This document shows positions 10,249 to 20,227 of a stretch of 64,000 bases of DNA, piece by piece. The notes beneath the pieces are model-generated. The model was not told the DNA's origin and did no database searches. It was given only the letters and a program-made list of their open reading frames with translations. Made by a program: the position numbers and the translations under genes. The stretch comes from a virus (taxonomy: Duplodnaviria; Caudoviricetes), in the IMG/VR virus record IMGVR_UViG_3300033074_001484, positions 116,351 to 180,350 of that record, one strand, 5' to 3'. The first letter of the stretch is position 1. Each line of letters starts with the position of its first letter.

Positions 10249-10734
10249 CTACACATTAAAATATTCCGCATAATCATACGTCAACGTTAAACTTAATTCA
10301 ATAATATCATCTGATCCATAATCCAAACTACCCCCTGATAAATCAGATATAAATGCGCCAATAAGTTTCCATCGTCCAATAGGTACTATTGTCATAGCAT
10401 TCATCATTAATAGATTTATATCCTCTTTATATTCATCCGCATACTTAATTTCTCCAGACGAAATTACCATATGTTTTTTATTAAAATAACTATAGACCTC
10501 TCGTGCAGTAATACCTTCAAATTGATAACATGTAAGTGTTATCGGTGCCCATTTCGGACGACCCATTATATTAATATATGTCGGACCATAATCCACTGAA
10601 ATAGGATTAGTGGCAACTTTTGGTTGTTCTGCCCCTCTCGCATATATAGCGGATGCCTTTATATTATTGGATATCAAAATATAGCGATGACTAAGTTGAG
10701 GATGAAATAATTCACTTTGGGCTACACGCGGCAT
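10249..10734 (-). CDS. tail tube protein paralogue 2 (gp19-like)
   Basis: GRPKWAPITLTCYQFEG...WKLIGAFI...LDYGSDD...YDYA; AAGGAG SD. Confidence 0.8.
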   Translation of the reverse strand: MPRVAQSELFHPQLSHRYILISNNIKASAIYARGAEQPKVATNPISVDYGPTYINIMGRPKWAPITLTCYQFEGITAREVYSYFNKKHMVISSGEIKYADEYKEDINLLMMNAMTIVPIGRWKLIGAFISDLSGGSLDYGSDDIIELSLTLTYDYAEYFNV

Positions 10735-10749
10735 TTGCTCCTTATTTCT

Positions 10750-10758
10750 AATAAATAG
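10750..10758 (-). promoter_or_regulatory. candidate late promoter CTATTTATT
   Basis: Upstream of tube paralogue 2, right after the terminator hairpin. Confidence 0.6.
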
Positions 10759-10792
10759 GAAAGGGGCATGATTTTTATTTCACGCCCCCTTC
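10752..10792 (-). terminator. intrinsic terminator-like hairpin after the sheath-tube1-membrane protein unit
   Basis: Minus strand GGGGCGTGA-AATAAAAA-TCATGCCCC followed by TTTCCTATTT (imperfect U tract). Confidence 0.6.
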
Positions 10793-10816
10793 TTCTACAG
10801 TCCCGAAAGCCATATT

Positions 10817-11023
10817 CTACACAGGATCAGGTGTCCTACCCTTTTTAAATCCAATAATTGTTGTTATGGCCCCCACTAATACAAATATGGCATCCCATAT
10901 GGCATCAAAATTTTGAATTAAATATTCATAGACGCCAAGCCATTTAGTCAAACCAAAAAAAACTAAAACAGAACCCAGTCCAGTAATTATGTGTCTGACA
11001 AGTGATTTTGTGTTTACATTCAT
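10817..11023 (-). CDS. small two-TM membrane protein, holin-like
   Basis: 68 aa, LVRHIITGLGSVLVFFG plus a second hydrophobic helix and a basic C-terminus. Confidence 0.5.
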   Translation of the reverse strand: MNVNTKSLVRHIITGLGSVLVFFGLTKWLGVYEYLIQNFDAIWDAIFVLVGAITTIIGFKKGRTPDPV

Positions 11024-11042
11024 GATAAATACCTTTTTTATG

Positions 11043-11522
11043 TTAGGAATATGTCATATAATCATATGATACAGTAATTTCGCATTGTACAACATCATCG
11101 GTTCCCCAGTCCAAAGGTCCCCAATCTGCTGATGCTATAAATGCACCAACTAATTTGAATGTACCTACTGGTGTTGAACCATCCGGGGCAAGAAGCATCA
11201 ACTGCATGTCATGCTTATACACAGGAGCATATTGATCAACCGCCCCTTCAACATTTTGATGATCATTGTTCAAATAATCCCACAATTCCTTCGCAGTAAT
11301 ACCTTCAAATTGATAACACGATAATGTAATATCATTCCACCGGGTTTTACCCTTCACCTTGAAATAATAATTAATATGTTCTACATTCACTGGTGCGTTA
11401 TCAAAAGACGGTTGCTGAGAACTTCGTGCGTATATACTCGCCCCCGGCAACTTAGATGTTTCCATTTTATATCTAAATTGCAATGTTGGGTGGTGAGCAT
11501 CAGGTATTACTATTCTTGGCAT
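11043..11522 (-). CDS. tail tube protein paralogue 1 (likely the major tube, gp19-like)
   Basis: Directly follows the sheath gene; TAAGGAG SD; KVKGKTRWNDITL...FKLVGAFI...LDW...YDY. Confidence 0.85.
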   Translation of the reverse strand: MPRIVIPDAHHPTLQFRYKMETSKLPGASIYARSSQQPSFDNAPVNVEHINYYFKVKGKTRWNDITLSCYQFEGITAKELWDYLNNDHQNVEGAVDQYAPVYKHDMQLMLLAPDGSTPVGTFKLVGAFIASADWGPLDWGTDDVVQCEITVSYDYMTYS

Positions 11523-11543
11523 TGTACATTCTCCTTATTTTTA

Positions 11544-11552
11544 TATAAATAG
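11544..11552 (-). promoter_or_regulatory. candidate late promoter CTATTTATA
   Basis: Upstream of tube paralogue 1. Confidence 0.65.
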
Positions 11553-11568
11553 TGTAACACCACGTTTT

Positions 11569-13392
11569 TTATTCCTGAGCGTCGAATGGGAACAATGCAC
11601 CAGTAGGTAATACAATGAAGTCAACGATCAAGTATTCAACCGTTTTTGCAGGTTTCAAGAATATTGACGCCCTCATTTCATTTCGGTCAATAACATCGGG
11701 TGTATTATTTCTTTCAGAAATTTCGATTCTATAATCATACAACCCTTGTTGGTTTTTAACCCTTCGGAAATATGGCTCAACAATCTCAATGAATCTTGCA
11801 CGTGTCTCCACTGTGTTGTTTTCAAACACAAGGGTTTTAGTTGCCCATGCCACAAATCGTTTTGCATCTATTAATAAACGACGAACATTAATACGGTCAA
11901 GTGCAGATGCTTTTTTCTGTAAGGTTTTTTGACCCCAAACTACCACCCCAGACCGTGGGAATGTTGCAATTGGATTGACACTACGTGTGTATAAATTATC
12001 ACGATCATTTTGTGTCATCAATCGTTCTGTTTGCACTACTGTGTCGAGAACACCACGATTCAATCCGGCAGGTGCATACCAAGGATGTGATACCCGGTCG
12101 TTGAATGAATACACTCCGGAAATCACAGAACTTGGTGGAACCCAACAGTTTCTACCCAAATCTGGATCAGGGATCATTACCCAAGGATAATACATAGCAG
12201 CATAATTTGTATTTCTGGCTTCTGCTGCTATCTGTGCCTGTCCAACTGTAGCACCTTTTAATGTAGGGTCGACAACTAAAAATATATCGCCGCGATCTTC
12301 GCACATATTAATGGCATATGAAACGATTTGCGATTGTTCGCTCGCCCCCTCAGTTATACCCGGTAAGAATAACAGATTAATATCGTATTGGTCTTTATTC
12401 GCAAGAATATCAATAGCATCTTCATACGCGGTTTTACCATACGATGCAGATGCAACATTAAATCCTTGTGTATTGTATGCCCAAATATTTTCATACATAG
12501 CGCGAGGGTGCGTCACATTACCATCACTACCTCCAGAGAATGCACCGGATGCTATTGCCGGTAATGAGCCGGATAACGCACCATCCCGAATTAGACCATT
12601 TGAATTCAAATAATTAAATGTAGAATTTATCCCCTCTACTCTCAAGAACCTTGATCTGTTAGGGTATGATCCAGACCGTTCAAGATATGGTTCACCACTC
12701 GAATCATAACGAAGTGTCCATGTCATATCACCAATAACCTTCGCAATATAATTATTTGACGTTGGGTCAAGTGATAGTTGTGAATATTGTTCAATTACGA
12801 TTCGACGATTACCAGTATCATCACCACGCCGGATAAGCAAATCAAACGTGCCGCGATTTGGATTAACCGCTGAAATCTCCCATCTTATGTTATGCTTCGA
12901 TCCACTGACAAGTAATCCCGATGCTCCTAAATCTGATGCAACATGAGACCCCGATATAGCACCTGCAACTTGTCCCGAATTATAAACTTCACCATCGGAT
13001 AATGATACTAATTTAAACGCCATATTTGCAGCAGTATATGGACCATCATCTTCCAACGATTTAGATGTTATTACATATGAGTAAGCAGGTTGGTAATTAC
13101 CGGCTAACACGCGAACAACGGTCATCACTTCCCCATATCTCAAATATTCCTGAACACAATATGATGTGAGATATTTGTACTCCTGTTCATACACTCCCGA
13201 CCCTGAAATGAAAACATCCCCAAACCAACGTTGATATTCGGAATATGTTGATACCATTGTCGGTACCATTGCCGGTCCCCGTACCGTTGGTCCAATTACA
13301 GCACCACCAACTTCTGGAATTTGTAAAGGCAGGTATGACAAGTCAACTTCTCGTGTATATACACCCGGAGATACAAACGTATTCTTACCCAT
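11569..13392 (-). CDS. tail sheath protein (gp18-like)
   Basis: SPGVYTREVD start, YAAMYYPW, WYAPAG-x-NRG, WGQKTL, DRINVRRL, VFENN motifs. Confidence 0.97.
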   Translation of the reverse strand: MGKNTFVSPGVYTREVDLSYLPLQIPEVGGAVIGPTVRGPAMVPTMVSTYSEYQRWFGDVFISGSGVYEQEYKYLTSYCVQEYLRYGEVMTVVRVLAGNYQPAYSYVITSKSLEDDGPYTAANMAFKLVSLSDGEVYNSGQVAGAISGSHVASDLGASGLLVSGSKHNIRWEISAVNPNRGTFDLLIRRGDDTGNRRIVIEQYSQLSLDPTSNNYIAKVIGDMTWTLRYDSSGEPYLERSGSYPNRSRFLRVEGINSTFNYLNSNGLIRDGALSGSLPAIASGAFSGGSDGNVTHPRAMYENIWAYNTQGFNVASASYGKTAYEDAIDILANKDQYDINLLFLPGITEGASEQSQIVSYAINMCEDRGDIFLVVDPTLKGATVGQAQIAAEARNTNYAAMYYPWVMIPDPDLGRNCWVPPSSVISGVYSFNDRVSHPWYAPAGLNRGVLDTVVQTERLMTQNDRDNLYTRSVNPIATFPRSGVVVWGQKTLQKKASALDRINVRRLLIDAKRFVAWATKTLVFENNTVETRARFIEIVEPYFRRVKNQQGLYDYRIEISERNNTPDVIDRNEMRASIFLKPAKTVEYLIVDFIVLPTGALFPFDAQE

Positions 13393-13409
13393 TAATCATC
13401 CTCTTTTCA

Positions 13410-13418
13410 TATAAATAT
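13410..13418 (-). promoter_or_regulatory. candidate late promoter ATATTTATA
   Basis: Upstream of the sheath gene. Confidence 0.65.
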
Positions 13419-13443
13419 GTAAAAAATAATTCAAAATACAAAT

Positions 13444-14319
13444 TCAATATCTAATATTTCTTCTTAGATTTTTTCGCAATACATGTGACGGTTCCTCTGT
13501 CATATGTCGCCGATCTGATCTCATTGAAGTGTCATTAATAAAAATATCATCTGCTTCGTTTTCACCTACAATCTTCACCGTTTTTATAGAGAACTTTTTT
13601 TGCATTGTTTGTCTACTATACTGAAACTCATCAAGTAAATAACCATCCACTGTTATTGGTATTGTAGCCTTTACAATTCTTTGTTCGCCGGGCAAAGATG
13701 TGACTTCATCCGTCAATGACCCCATGTAAACTCTAAATTTATAGTAATCGCCCCATAAATGATTATTGACTGAAAATAGCGATTGTGCTACTATATTTAA
13801 ATGTTCTACAAAGTCACACCATATAGTAATGTCGTAATCAACTTTTACAAATCTTGGTATATTCACCAAATAATATTCATACGAATGTTTCCGCAAAATT
13901 TGACCGGTCACCCGATCATATTGCATGTTCATTGACCGGTATGGGTATAATTTACGTGTTGGTGTATAATTATTAAGGTTTACATGCGGCAATCTATCAT
14001 CATCATTAACACCCATACGCTTCAACCCAATAACAGGTGATATAACCTTATTATTAAGGTCCCGCATAAACCCATTACGACGTATTTGATTGAATTTTTC
14101 ACCATCAAGATATATTACCGGAACTTTAACCGCATGACCATCTTCAACCACAGTAGGTTTAATTTGTGAGTTCAACCCATATAACACAGCATAATCAATA
14201 TCATATAATGTGACTGCCGGAACACGTACTATATCATCGTCCCGGCGCATTTCGTTTGCACGATTGACATCTTCAGATGTTCGCCCGGATTGGTATGGAA
14301 ATATTAATGGAGCGTTCAT
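13444..14319 (-). CDS. tail terminator / sheath stabiliser (gp15-like)
   Basis: Lies between neck and sheath; KVPVIY...P-x-I-x-L-x-R...P-x-FV-x-V-x-Y-x-I-x-IW pattern. Confidence 0.65.
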   Translation of the reverse strand: MNAPLIFPYQSGRTSEDVNRANEMRRDDDIVRVPAVTLYDIDYAVLYGLNSQIKPTVVEDGHAVKVPVIYLDGEKFNQIRRNGFMRDLNNKVISPVIGLKRMGVNDDDRLPHVNLNNYTPTRKLYPYRSMNMQYDRVTGQILRKHSYEYYLVNIPRFVKVDYDITIWCDFVEHLNIVAQSLFSVNNHLWGDYYKFRVYMGSLTDEVTSLPGEQRIVKATIPITVDGYLLDEFQYSRQTMQKKFSIKTVKIVGENEADDIFINDTSMRSDRRHMTEEPSHVLRKNLRRNIRY

Positions 14320-14322
14320 GCG

Positions 14323-15495
14323 TTACCTTACATATATTTTCAAAGGAACCCTCGACAATTTTTGTTTTAACATATCATCTTCAGCTTGCGACCTTTCCAA
14401 TAATGCTTGTCTGGAATAGGTGTCTAACATCTCCTTCAATTCTGTTAACAAAGATTCTTGCTCAGATTTACCATCAGACCGTAGTGTGTCTCCATCAAGT
14501 TGGACTTCACCGTCAGGAATTGGTATAGAGTTATATTTACTACGCACATTTCCCAACATTTCTTTAACCAATGCTAATGTATATTTTCGTATCCATTGGC
14601 GGGCAACATCATTTAGCCTACTATATTTCAGGTTGTAATATGGCATATTTGCATGTCCTGTTATTTTACCCGGACCATTCTCATCTGATAATTCTGAATT
14701 TGTACCTCCCGGTAATGTATCATCATCTAATGTGTATAAAAACCATACCTTGAATTCCTTATTTGGAATCGGTAATATTCTTAAACGATTATTAGTTAAT
14801 TGGAACCCATATCCAGACTTCCTAATTGTGTCGTTAAATTCAATAGCTTGTAATCGCAATGCATCCCACCACATTGGAACCATTGTAAAATTTATTGGTG
14901 GAGACATATTACCCCACCCAAACTGATCCATAAAATTGGCAGATGAAAGCCCAGTACCCATGAACGGATCATAATATTTAACAATTGATGGGGGTGTATC
15001 GTGGAAAATTCTTCTAATTGTAAATTGATTTACAGTAAAGTCACCCGCTTCAATATCAGCATTCATTAAATCATATATTTGCTGTCCGGGTTGAACGGTT
15101 ATACTACCTGAATAATAAGTTAAATATCCGCCCGTACCTGCTTCTGTACCATATTGCTTTGCCAATTTGAATACAGACCGCAGATTGGGTTGCACCACCA
15201 CATCTGAATAATTAATAGAACTCGTTGGGTATCCTATTAAATGGAGTATGTTATCTCTCGCCTGATATGTATTGACTTGGTTAGCGTATTCAGTAACAGC
15301 CTCTTCAAATGCTGTAAAAAAATTAATATCCTGTAATTCTATACTGACAATAGGGTAGCCCAATCGACGCGCACAGTATTCTGCTATCTTTTCAGCATGA
15401 TCAGCAAATACAGGGTCCGAATCATAAAACCCAAATGGGGTATCACCGGGGTAGAACGATGCTGAACCGGGCCATATTGGAACGTCTGTTGCCAT
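14323..15495 (-). CDS. neck / head-tail adaptor protein (gp13-like)
   Basis: RRLGYPIVSIEL...WIRKYTLALVKEMLG-x-VRSKY...VQLDG motif. Confidence 0.85.
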   Translation of the reverse strand: MATDVPIWPGSASFYPGDTPFGFYDSDPVFADHAEKIAEYCARRLGYPIVSIELQDINFFTAFEEAVTEYANQVNTYQARDNILHLIGYPTSSINYSDVVVQPNLRSVFKLAKQYGTEAGTGGYLTYYSGSITVQPGQQIYDLMNADIEAGDFTVNQFTIRRIFHDTPPSIVKYYDPFMGTGLSSANFMDQFGWGNMSPPINFTMVPMWWDALRLQAIEFNDTIRKSGYGFQLTNNRLRILPIPNKEFKVWFLYTLDDDTLPGGTNSELSDENGPGKITGHANMPYYNLKYSRLNDVARQWIRKYTLALVKEMLGNVRSKYNSIPIPDGEVQLDGDTLRSDGKSEQESLLTELKEMLDTYSRQALLERSQAEDDMLKQKLSRVPLKIYVR

Positions 15496-15509
15496 TCATA
15501 TCCTTTATC

Positions 15510-15518
15510 AATAAATAT
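15510..15518 (-). promoter_or_regulatory. candidate late promoter ATATTTATT
   Basis: Upstream of the neck gene. Confidence 0.6.
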
Positions 15519-15525
15519 AACCTTA

Positions 15526-15855
15526 TCACTCCAAATCAAGTATATTCTTTAAAGTGTCCAATGCTTGAGCATAAATTCCAATACCTAAATCTTCATTATA
15601 TTCAAACTCCACCGGAATATAATTTAATGGGTTTGCCCGATGTTCATAGGCCAGTTTATCCGGCCAAATTGATACGACAGCGGTTGAATGCTCTCTATTT
15701 TTCCATTCCAACCTAACATCACCATTATCATCAACATTTGCTGTATTTGGGATAAATTCATAATCAACATTTGCTGTAATGATTTTTTTAATTTTAAACA
15801 CAGCCTCTGGGTATTCAACATCTTCATGTACATACTTAGAAATCAATAAATTCAT
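15526..15855 (-). CDS. hypothetical protein
   Basis: 109 aa with AAGGGG SD. Confidence 0.65.
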   Translation of the reverse strand: MNLLISKYVHEDVEYPEAVFKIKKIITANVDYEFIPNTANVDDNGDVRLEWKNREHSTAVVSIWPDKLAYEHRANPLNYIPVEFEYNEDLGIGIYAQALDTLKNILDLE

Positions 15856-15874
15856 AACTTCCCCTTTTTTAATT

Positions 15875-17869
15875 TTATCCTATAAATGTGTATGAATGCT
15901 CACTACCGGGTGCAGAATACAGTGACACATTAAAATCTGTTGCAGCCACTCCTGTTTTTGAACGCCCCTTATATGTATTATCCTCATACACATCTACGTA
16001 ATAATCATTATGATCATCATACACTGCAAATAGATATGATCCATCACCAGTTCTATATGTTTTTTGGTACAATTCACCTGTGTCGGCTCTATATAAACTT
16101 GCAGTTATCACGCCACCGTTGGAATTGGATATTGTACCGGCCAACGACGATGTTAACGAATGATATCCAACATTCAATACCATGCCGGGTCGGGTTATTT
16201 GTTGATTGGCATAAAAGAAATAAGTTTGAGTTTCCAAATTAATTCTGGACTCATCCAAATCACCATAATGTCTTATAATGTTCTGAGTAATATCGCCAAA
16301 CAACCTATGCGTTTCATTTTCAGCATCTGTTAAAGGCGCAGAAAAAAACGATTGTACATAGCTACCACTATAATATCCCCCTTCATATTTGACACCTATC
16401 ATATATACGTTGGCTTGTGTTGAATTAAACACATACCCCTCAATACCAACATTGTGTATTTTATAATACGTGTTTGGGATATTTAATGACGCAGACATAA
16501 ATCTGATAGTATCACCAGTAGCCCCCGATTGCTCATATAGTGGGGTTACGACCATTCGAGATGTTAAATCAATTCCCCCAGATGGCACAGAGCTATGATA
16601 TAACAAATGCATTTGACCTGTTATACCATAGAAAGGTGTACTGGTCGAACCGTACAATGTCAATTTTATATCATTGCCACCGTGCACCAAAGATGCCTGT
16701 GATGACGTGTGTAACATGACACCCTGCCCGGCGTTAACAAAGCCGTCCATTTGATACCAAGACCAATGATCTGAAGTTTCCTCATTGAACGATGCCGTTA
16801 ATCTCGCAGATGCTAATGATGAACCATAAATCTCCGCAGCCACACATTTAGTTGTTATTGGATTAGGTTCCGGTATAGATACACGCTTAATTATAGGGAA
16901 ATTTAATCCAACCGATGATAATTGCGGCATTACATCAAATGGAATTCTGAGGTTATTCAATATTTTTGTAGTTGTAGTTGGATTGTATTCATATGTCACC
17001 CACAATCGCCCGAACATTCCACGATATCTGTTTGCTTTATCCACCCATACCTGAAATGTGTGTGCCGAATCATATGACCCGGTATACGGTATGGCATAAG
17101 TTTCCAACATATTTGTACCAAGAATTGCAACCCTTCTTGGTAGTGGTTGGATCGTCCCCATATCAAAACTACAACTTAAAAAAATAGTTTCTGATGTGTT
17201 AATAATATTATTATTTCCAATTAATTCAATGTATGAATTTTTAATACTTAAATCTCCATATCCTTCCAACCACCCATTAGAACCGGACAATTTAGGTATA
17301 TTTAACCATGTCTGTTGCGATAATGGTAATGCCGGGGACATTGATCCTGATGACATCAATGGTATACATACTGTATTCATTCGAGTGTCCGCAGATGACG
17401 AATATTCATATGTAATGTCTACCCACGAATACACCGCCGTCACCGGTACCCCTGTTTCATTTGTACCCTGTATTTTACCAACCAACTCAAAACTTTGTGA
17501 TTTTGCAGTCCCAAAACTTCCTGTGAAAATATTTACCACATTATGTGGACCAAAAATATGTGCAAAATTTTCATTGGAAGTGTTAAACGCGGTACCCATC
17601 CTAAACACATGTTGATATGCACCCCCACCCATACTACCACTAACAAATGTTGTACCCTGTGATATTGTTAGCCCTCCGGCAACACAAGAATCTGACAATG
17701 TCCAATACACATTTGCCGATCTAAATTTTACCGGCGTTGTAGGTGAATTTTCACCTATATAAATAGACCCAGAACCAAATACCCCTAAACTACCAATATC
17801 AATTGTTGCCGGGTTTTCGCTCGGATTTAATCCATATCTAATTGTACGTAAAAATACCGTATCCGCCAT
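15875..17869 (-). CDS. putative virion fibre / receptor-binding structural protein
   Basis: 664 aa, beta-rich, Ser/Gly/Thr-rich, within a fibre-like gene cluster; coupled to the upstream gene (TAATG). Confidence 0.55.
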   Translation of the reverse strand: MADTVFLRTIRYGLNPSENPATIDIGSLGVFGSGSIYIGENSPTTPVKFRSANVYWTLSDSCVAGGLTISQGTTFVSGSMGGGAYQHVFRMGTAFNTSNENFAHIFGPHNVVNIFTGSFGTAKSQSFELVGKIQGTNETGVPVTAVYSWVDITYEYSSSADTRMNTVCIPLMSSGSMSPALPLSQQTWLNIPKLSGSNGWLEGYGDLSIKNSYIELIGNNNIINTSETIFLSCSFDMGTIQPLPRRVAILGTNMLETYAIPYTGSYDSAHTFQVWVDKANRYRGMFGRLWVTYEYNPTTTTKILNNLRIPFDVMPQLSSVGLNFPIIKRVSIPEPNPITTKCVAAEIYGSSLASARLTASFNEETSDHWSWYQMDGFVNAGQGVMLHTSSQASLVHGGNDIKLTLYGSTSTPFYGITGQMHLLYHSSVPSGGIDLTSRMVVTPLYEQSGATGDTIRFMSASLNIPNTYYKIHNVGIEGYVFNSTQANVYMIGVKYEGGYYSGSYVQSFFSAPLTDAENETHRLFGDITQNIIRHYGDLDESRINLETQTYFFYANQQITRPGMVLNVGYHSLTSSLAGTISNSNGGVITASLYRADTGELYQKTYRTGDGSYLFAVYDDHNDYYVDVYEDNTYKGRSKTGVAATDFNVSLYSAPGSEHSYTFIG

Positions 17870-18489
17870 TAAGATGTTATTTTTATGACTAACGTTGCGC
17901 GTGTTATCGTTGACACAGAATCAACTCTAAACCTAAAAACATCCTCCGCATTTACACTTGTAGTCCATGATGTTAGTGTAGTATCATAATTAATCCTTGC
18001 ATTTGACAATGTGGGTTTTTCGGTACCTGTTATAGTATCTGCTACGGTGGGTGGATGATTAGCAATTGTATCTTTCCACACATCAATGACAATAGACCCT
18101 GATTGATCTGCTGTCAAATACCATCCATTAATTGTACCTGAAAAAGGCACTATAATTTCACCCTTGATCCCTGTTGTAATTTCAGAACCGCCACCATCCA
18201 CAGTTATACCAATTGATCGTATGGCGGATGCAACCACCCCAGATAAACCGCTACCATCTCCAATAAATGATCCCGAAAATGATCCTGTTAATTCTGCACC
18301 AGACCCAATATGGCCGGGTCCGACAAACGTACTACCAAATCCCAATCCTTGAAATGAATGCGCTTGTATTGATCCCGGCAAATCTACTACTATACTGCCG
18401 CCTTCAAGTGTTATACTACCAGAATTAACCGTTAAACTGTTAAGTGCGGCGTTGGACCCTGATAGTATTAATTTTTTCCACTTCGACAT
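17869..18489 (-). CDS. putative fibre protein
   Basis: N-terminus WKKLILSGS shared with 18901-20187; TGSFSGSF-x-GDGSGL fibre motif. Confidence 0.6.
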   Translation of the reverse strand: MSKWKKLILSGSNAALNSLTVNSGSITLEGGSIVVDLPGSIQAHSFQGLGFGSTFVGPGHIGSGAELTGSFSGSFIGDGSGLSGVVASAIRSIGITVDGGGSEITTGIKGEIIVPFSGTINGWYLTADQSGSIVIDVWKDTIANHPPTVADTITGTEKPTLSNARINYDTTLTSWTTSVNAEDVFRFRVDSVSTITRATLVIKITS

Positions 18490-18513
18490 ATATCAATTTT
18501 CTAACAAAAAATA

Positions 18514-18690
18514 TCAAGATTCAGTAGAAATCTTTTTATCAAAGTTTGTCTTTGCCGCGTACAACTTTGTTAAAATACCGGTAATAAATGGAGCATCAAT
18601 TCCATGTATTTGTATTCGATGTATGGCATCTGTCAAAAGTTGAAGCTCCTTTTCATTTAATGAAACCCTCACAGTACTATCAGTTGTCAT
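18514..18690 (-). CDS. small hypothetical protein (58 aa), paralogue of 18694-18885
   Basis: Not in the ORF track. Translates to MTTDSTVRVSLNEKELQLLTDAIHRIQIHGIDAPFITGILTKLYAAKTNFDKKISTES and fills the gap. Confidence 0.7.
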   Translation of the reverse strand: MTTDSTVRVSLNEKELQLLTDAIHRIQIHGIDAPFITGILTKLYAAKTNFDKKISTES

Positions 18691-18693
18691 ATG

Positions 18694-18885
18694 TTATTTT
18701 TTATAAAAATTTCGCATTGTTTCCAATTTATTAAATATATCATATACCAATTGCACATCTTTACCTTTGAACGCAGTCTCGCTCAATATTGCAATGATTA
18801 AGTCACACTCATCCTCAGTAAGTGGTGGTGGATATGATGATTTCAACGATTCAGTATTTGATGGTTTTGTAGTTAATAAGCCCAT
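18694..18885 (-). CDS. small hypothetical protein
   Basis: 63 aa, LTEDE-x2-LI...FKGKDV...NKL. Confidence 0.7.
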   Translation of the reverse strand: MGLLTTKPSNTESLKSSYPPPLTEDECDLIIAILSETAFKGKDVQLVYDIFNKLETMRNFYKK

Positions 18886-18900
18886 TATATATAGTTTGAA

Positions 18901-20187
18901 TTATGCATAAATATAAACATCCCCATTCTCAATACGAATATTACCATTTTTTTGATAAATAGCATTGTCGGCTTGGCCCCCGTCTACATCAACAACCGCT
19001 GCCAAATATGCGTCCGGGGCAATCGCAGTTGCTTCGCCACTTAATTTTGTAATGGTTTGTAATCCAAATCGTTCTGCTGAATCGTCCCACCCAAATCCAA
19101 CACCTGTAAAATCCGACTCTGTTTGAATTACAAAACCACCATCGCCAGATGCCGATCCTGAATTAAGTAATATGAATCTATCCTCAACCGCTATATTTGT
19201 AACATTTTGATTAATGACTGTACCCAACACAGTCAAGTTACCCCCAATAATAACATCATGGCCGAATTGAGAACCTGAAATTGTAAGCATATTAGTCGAT
19301 GAATTATATGTAAAATCTGCATCTGACGTTACAGTATCCCCATCGCTCCAAAATGTTACCCGTGTAGACGCCCCAGAACCATCTACTAATGAAGACCCCC
19401 ACACTCTCGAATCAATAGTACGTGTTCCCAAATCTCCCGCAGCAGACCATATCGCTACCGTATCCGTGGTTAGTGCCGGGGCTGCTGTTAAATTCAATCC
19501 AGAGCCTGTTATATGGCTTGTAGCGGTAAAATTACCTGTAAGTGAGAGCGTACTACCATCAAATGTTAAATTTGCTTCCCCATTTACACTTGTGGAATCA
19601 ACGGATGTTATAAGTCTATTGTTGGCTGCATTTGTATAGGATGTTATCGCACCCGTGGGCAATCCTGTCAAACCGCTCCCGTCACCTGTAAATGATCCTG
19701 TAAATGATCCTGTTAATCGGGTAGCAGCGACTGTACTACTGTTTACAATAGTACCTGTAAGTGTTAAATTTGTAAACTGTGGGCTATCACCAGTTCCAAG
19801 CCCCAATGATGTACGTGCTGTTGCTCCAGACTCAGCAACCCATGTTGTATTGTTACCAACAATTATATTACCATCTGTAGGAGTTAATAAACTAATATCA
19901 TTAAGACGAGACCCTGATGATATATTACCACCAATGTTAAGCGTAACACCAGTTCCAAGAATAGCACTTGTTCCACCAGCAACAATCACCTTCCCATCAC
20001 CCGAATCAGCTATATTACCACGTGCAACTGATGTTATAGCTGATGTACCAGCACCTAATAAAACCTGTCCAGATGATAAAGTAGCTACGCCGGTACCACC
20101 ACTACCAACCGGTAATGCAGTGTCTAACGATAACGATGATAGTTCCGCTGCTGATCCGGACATTATCACTTTTTTCCATTGTGGCAT
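18901..20187 (-). CDS. fibre protein (collar/tail fibre-like)
   Basis: LPV-x2-GGTG, GE-x-NLTFDG, GNLTVLGT...VEDRFILLN...GFGWDDS fibre motifs; AGGAG SD. Confidence 0.75.
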   Translation of the reverse strand: MPQWKKVIMSGSAAELSSLSLDTALPVGSGGTGVATLSSGQVLLGAGTSAITSVARGNIADSGDGKVIVAGGTSAILGTGVTLNIGGNISSGSRLNDISLLTPTDGNIIVGNNTTWVAESGATARTSLGLGTGDSPQFTNLTLTGTIVNSSTVAATRLTGSFTGSFTGDGSGLTGLPTGAITSYTNAANNRLITSVDSTSVNGEANLTFDGSTLSLTGNFTATSHITGSGLNLTAAPALTTDTVAIWSAAGDLGTRTIDSRVWGSSLVDGSGASTRVTFWSDGDTVTSDADFTYNSSTNMLTISGSQFGHDVIIGGNLTVLGTVINQNVTNIAVEDRFILLNSGSASGDGGFVIQTESDFTGVGFGWDDSAERFGLQTITKLSGEATAIAPDAYLAAVVDVDGGQADNAIYQKNGNIRIENGDVYIYA

Positions 20188-20206
20188 AAAAACTCCTATT
20201 ATTTAC

Positions 20207-20215
20207 AATAAATAG
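20207..20215 (-). promoter_or_regulatory. candidate late promoter CTATTTATT
   Basis: Upstream of fibre gene start 20187. Confidence 0.6.
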
Positions 20216-20227
20216 TTTATTAAGTAA

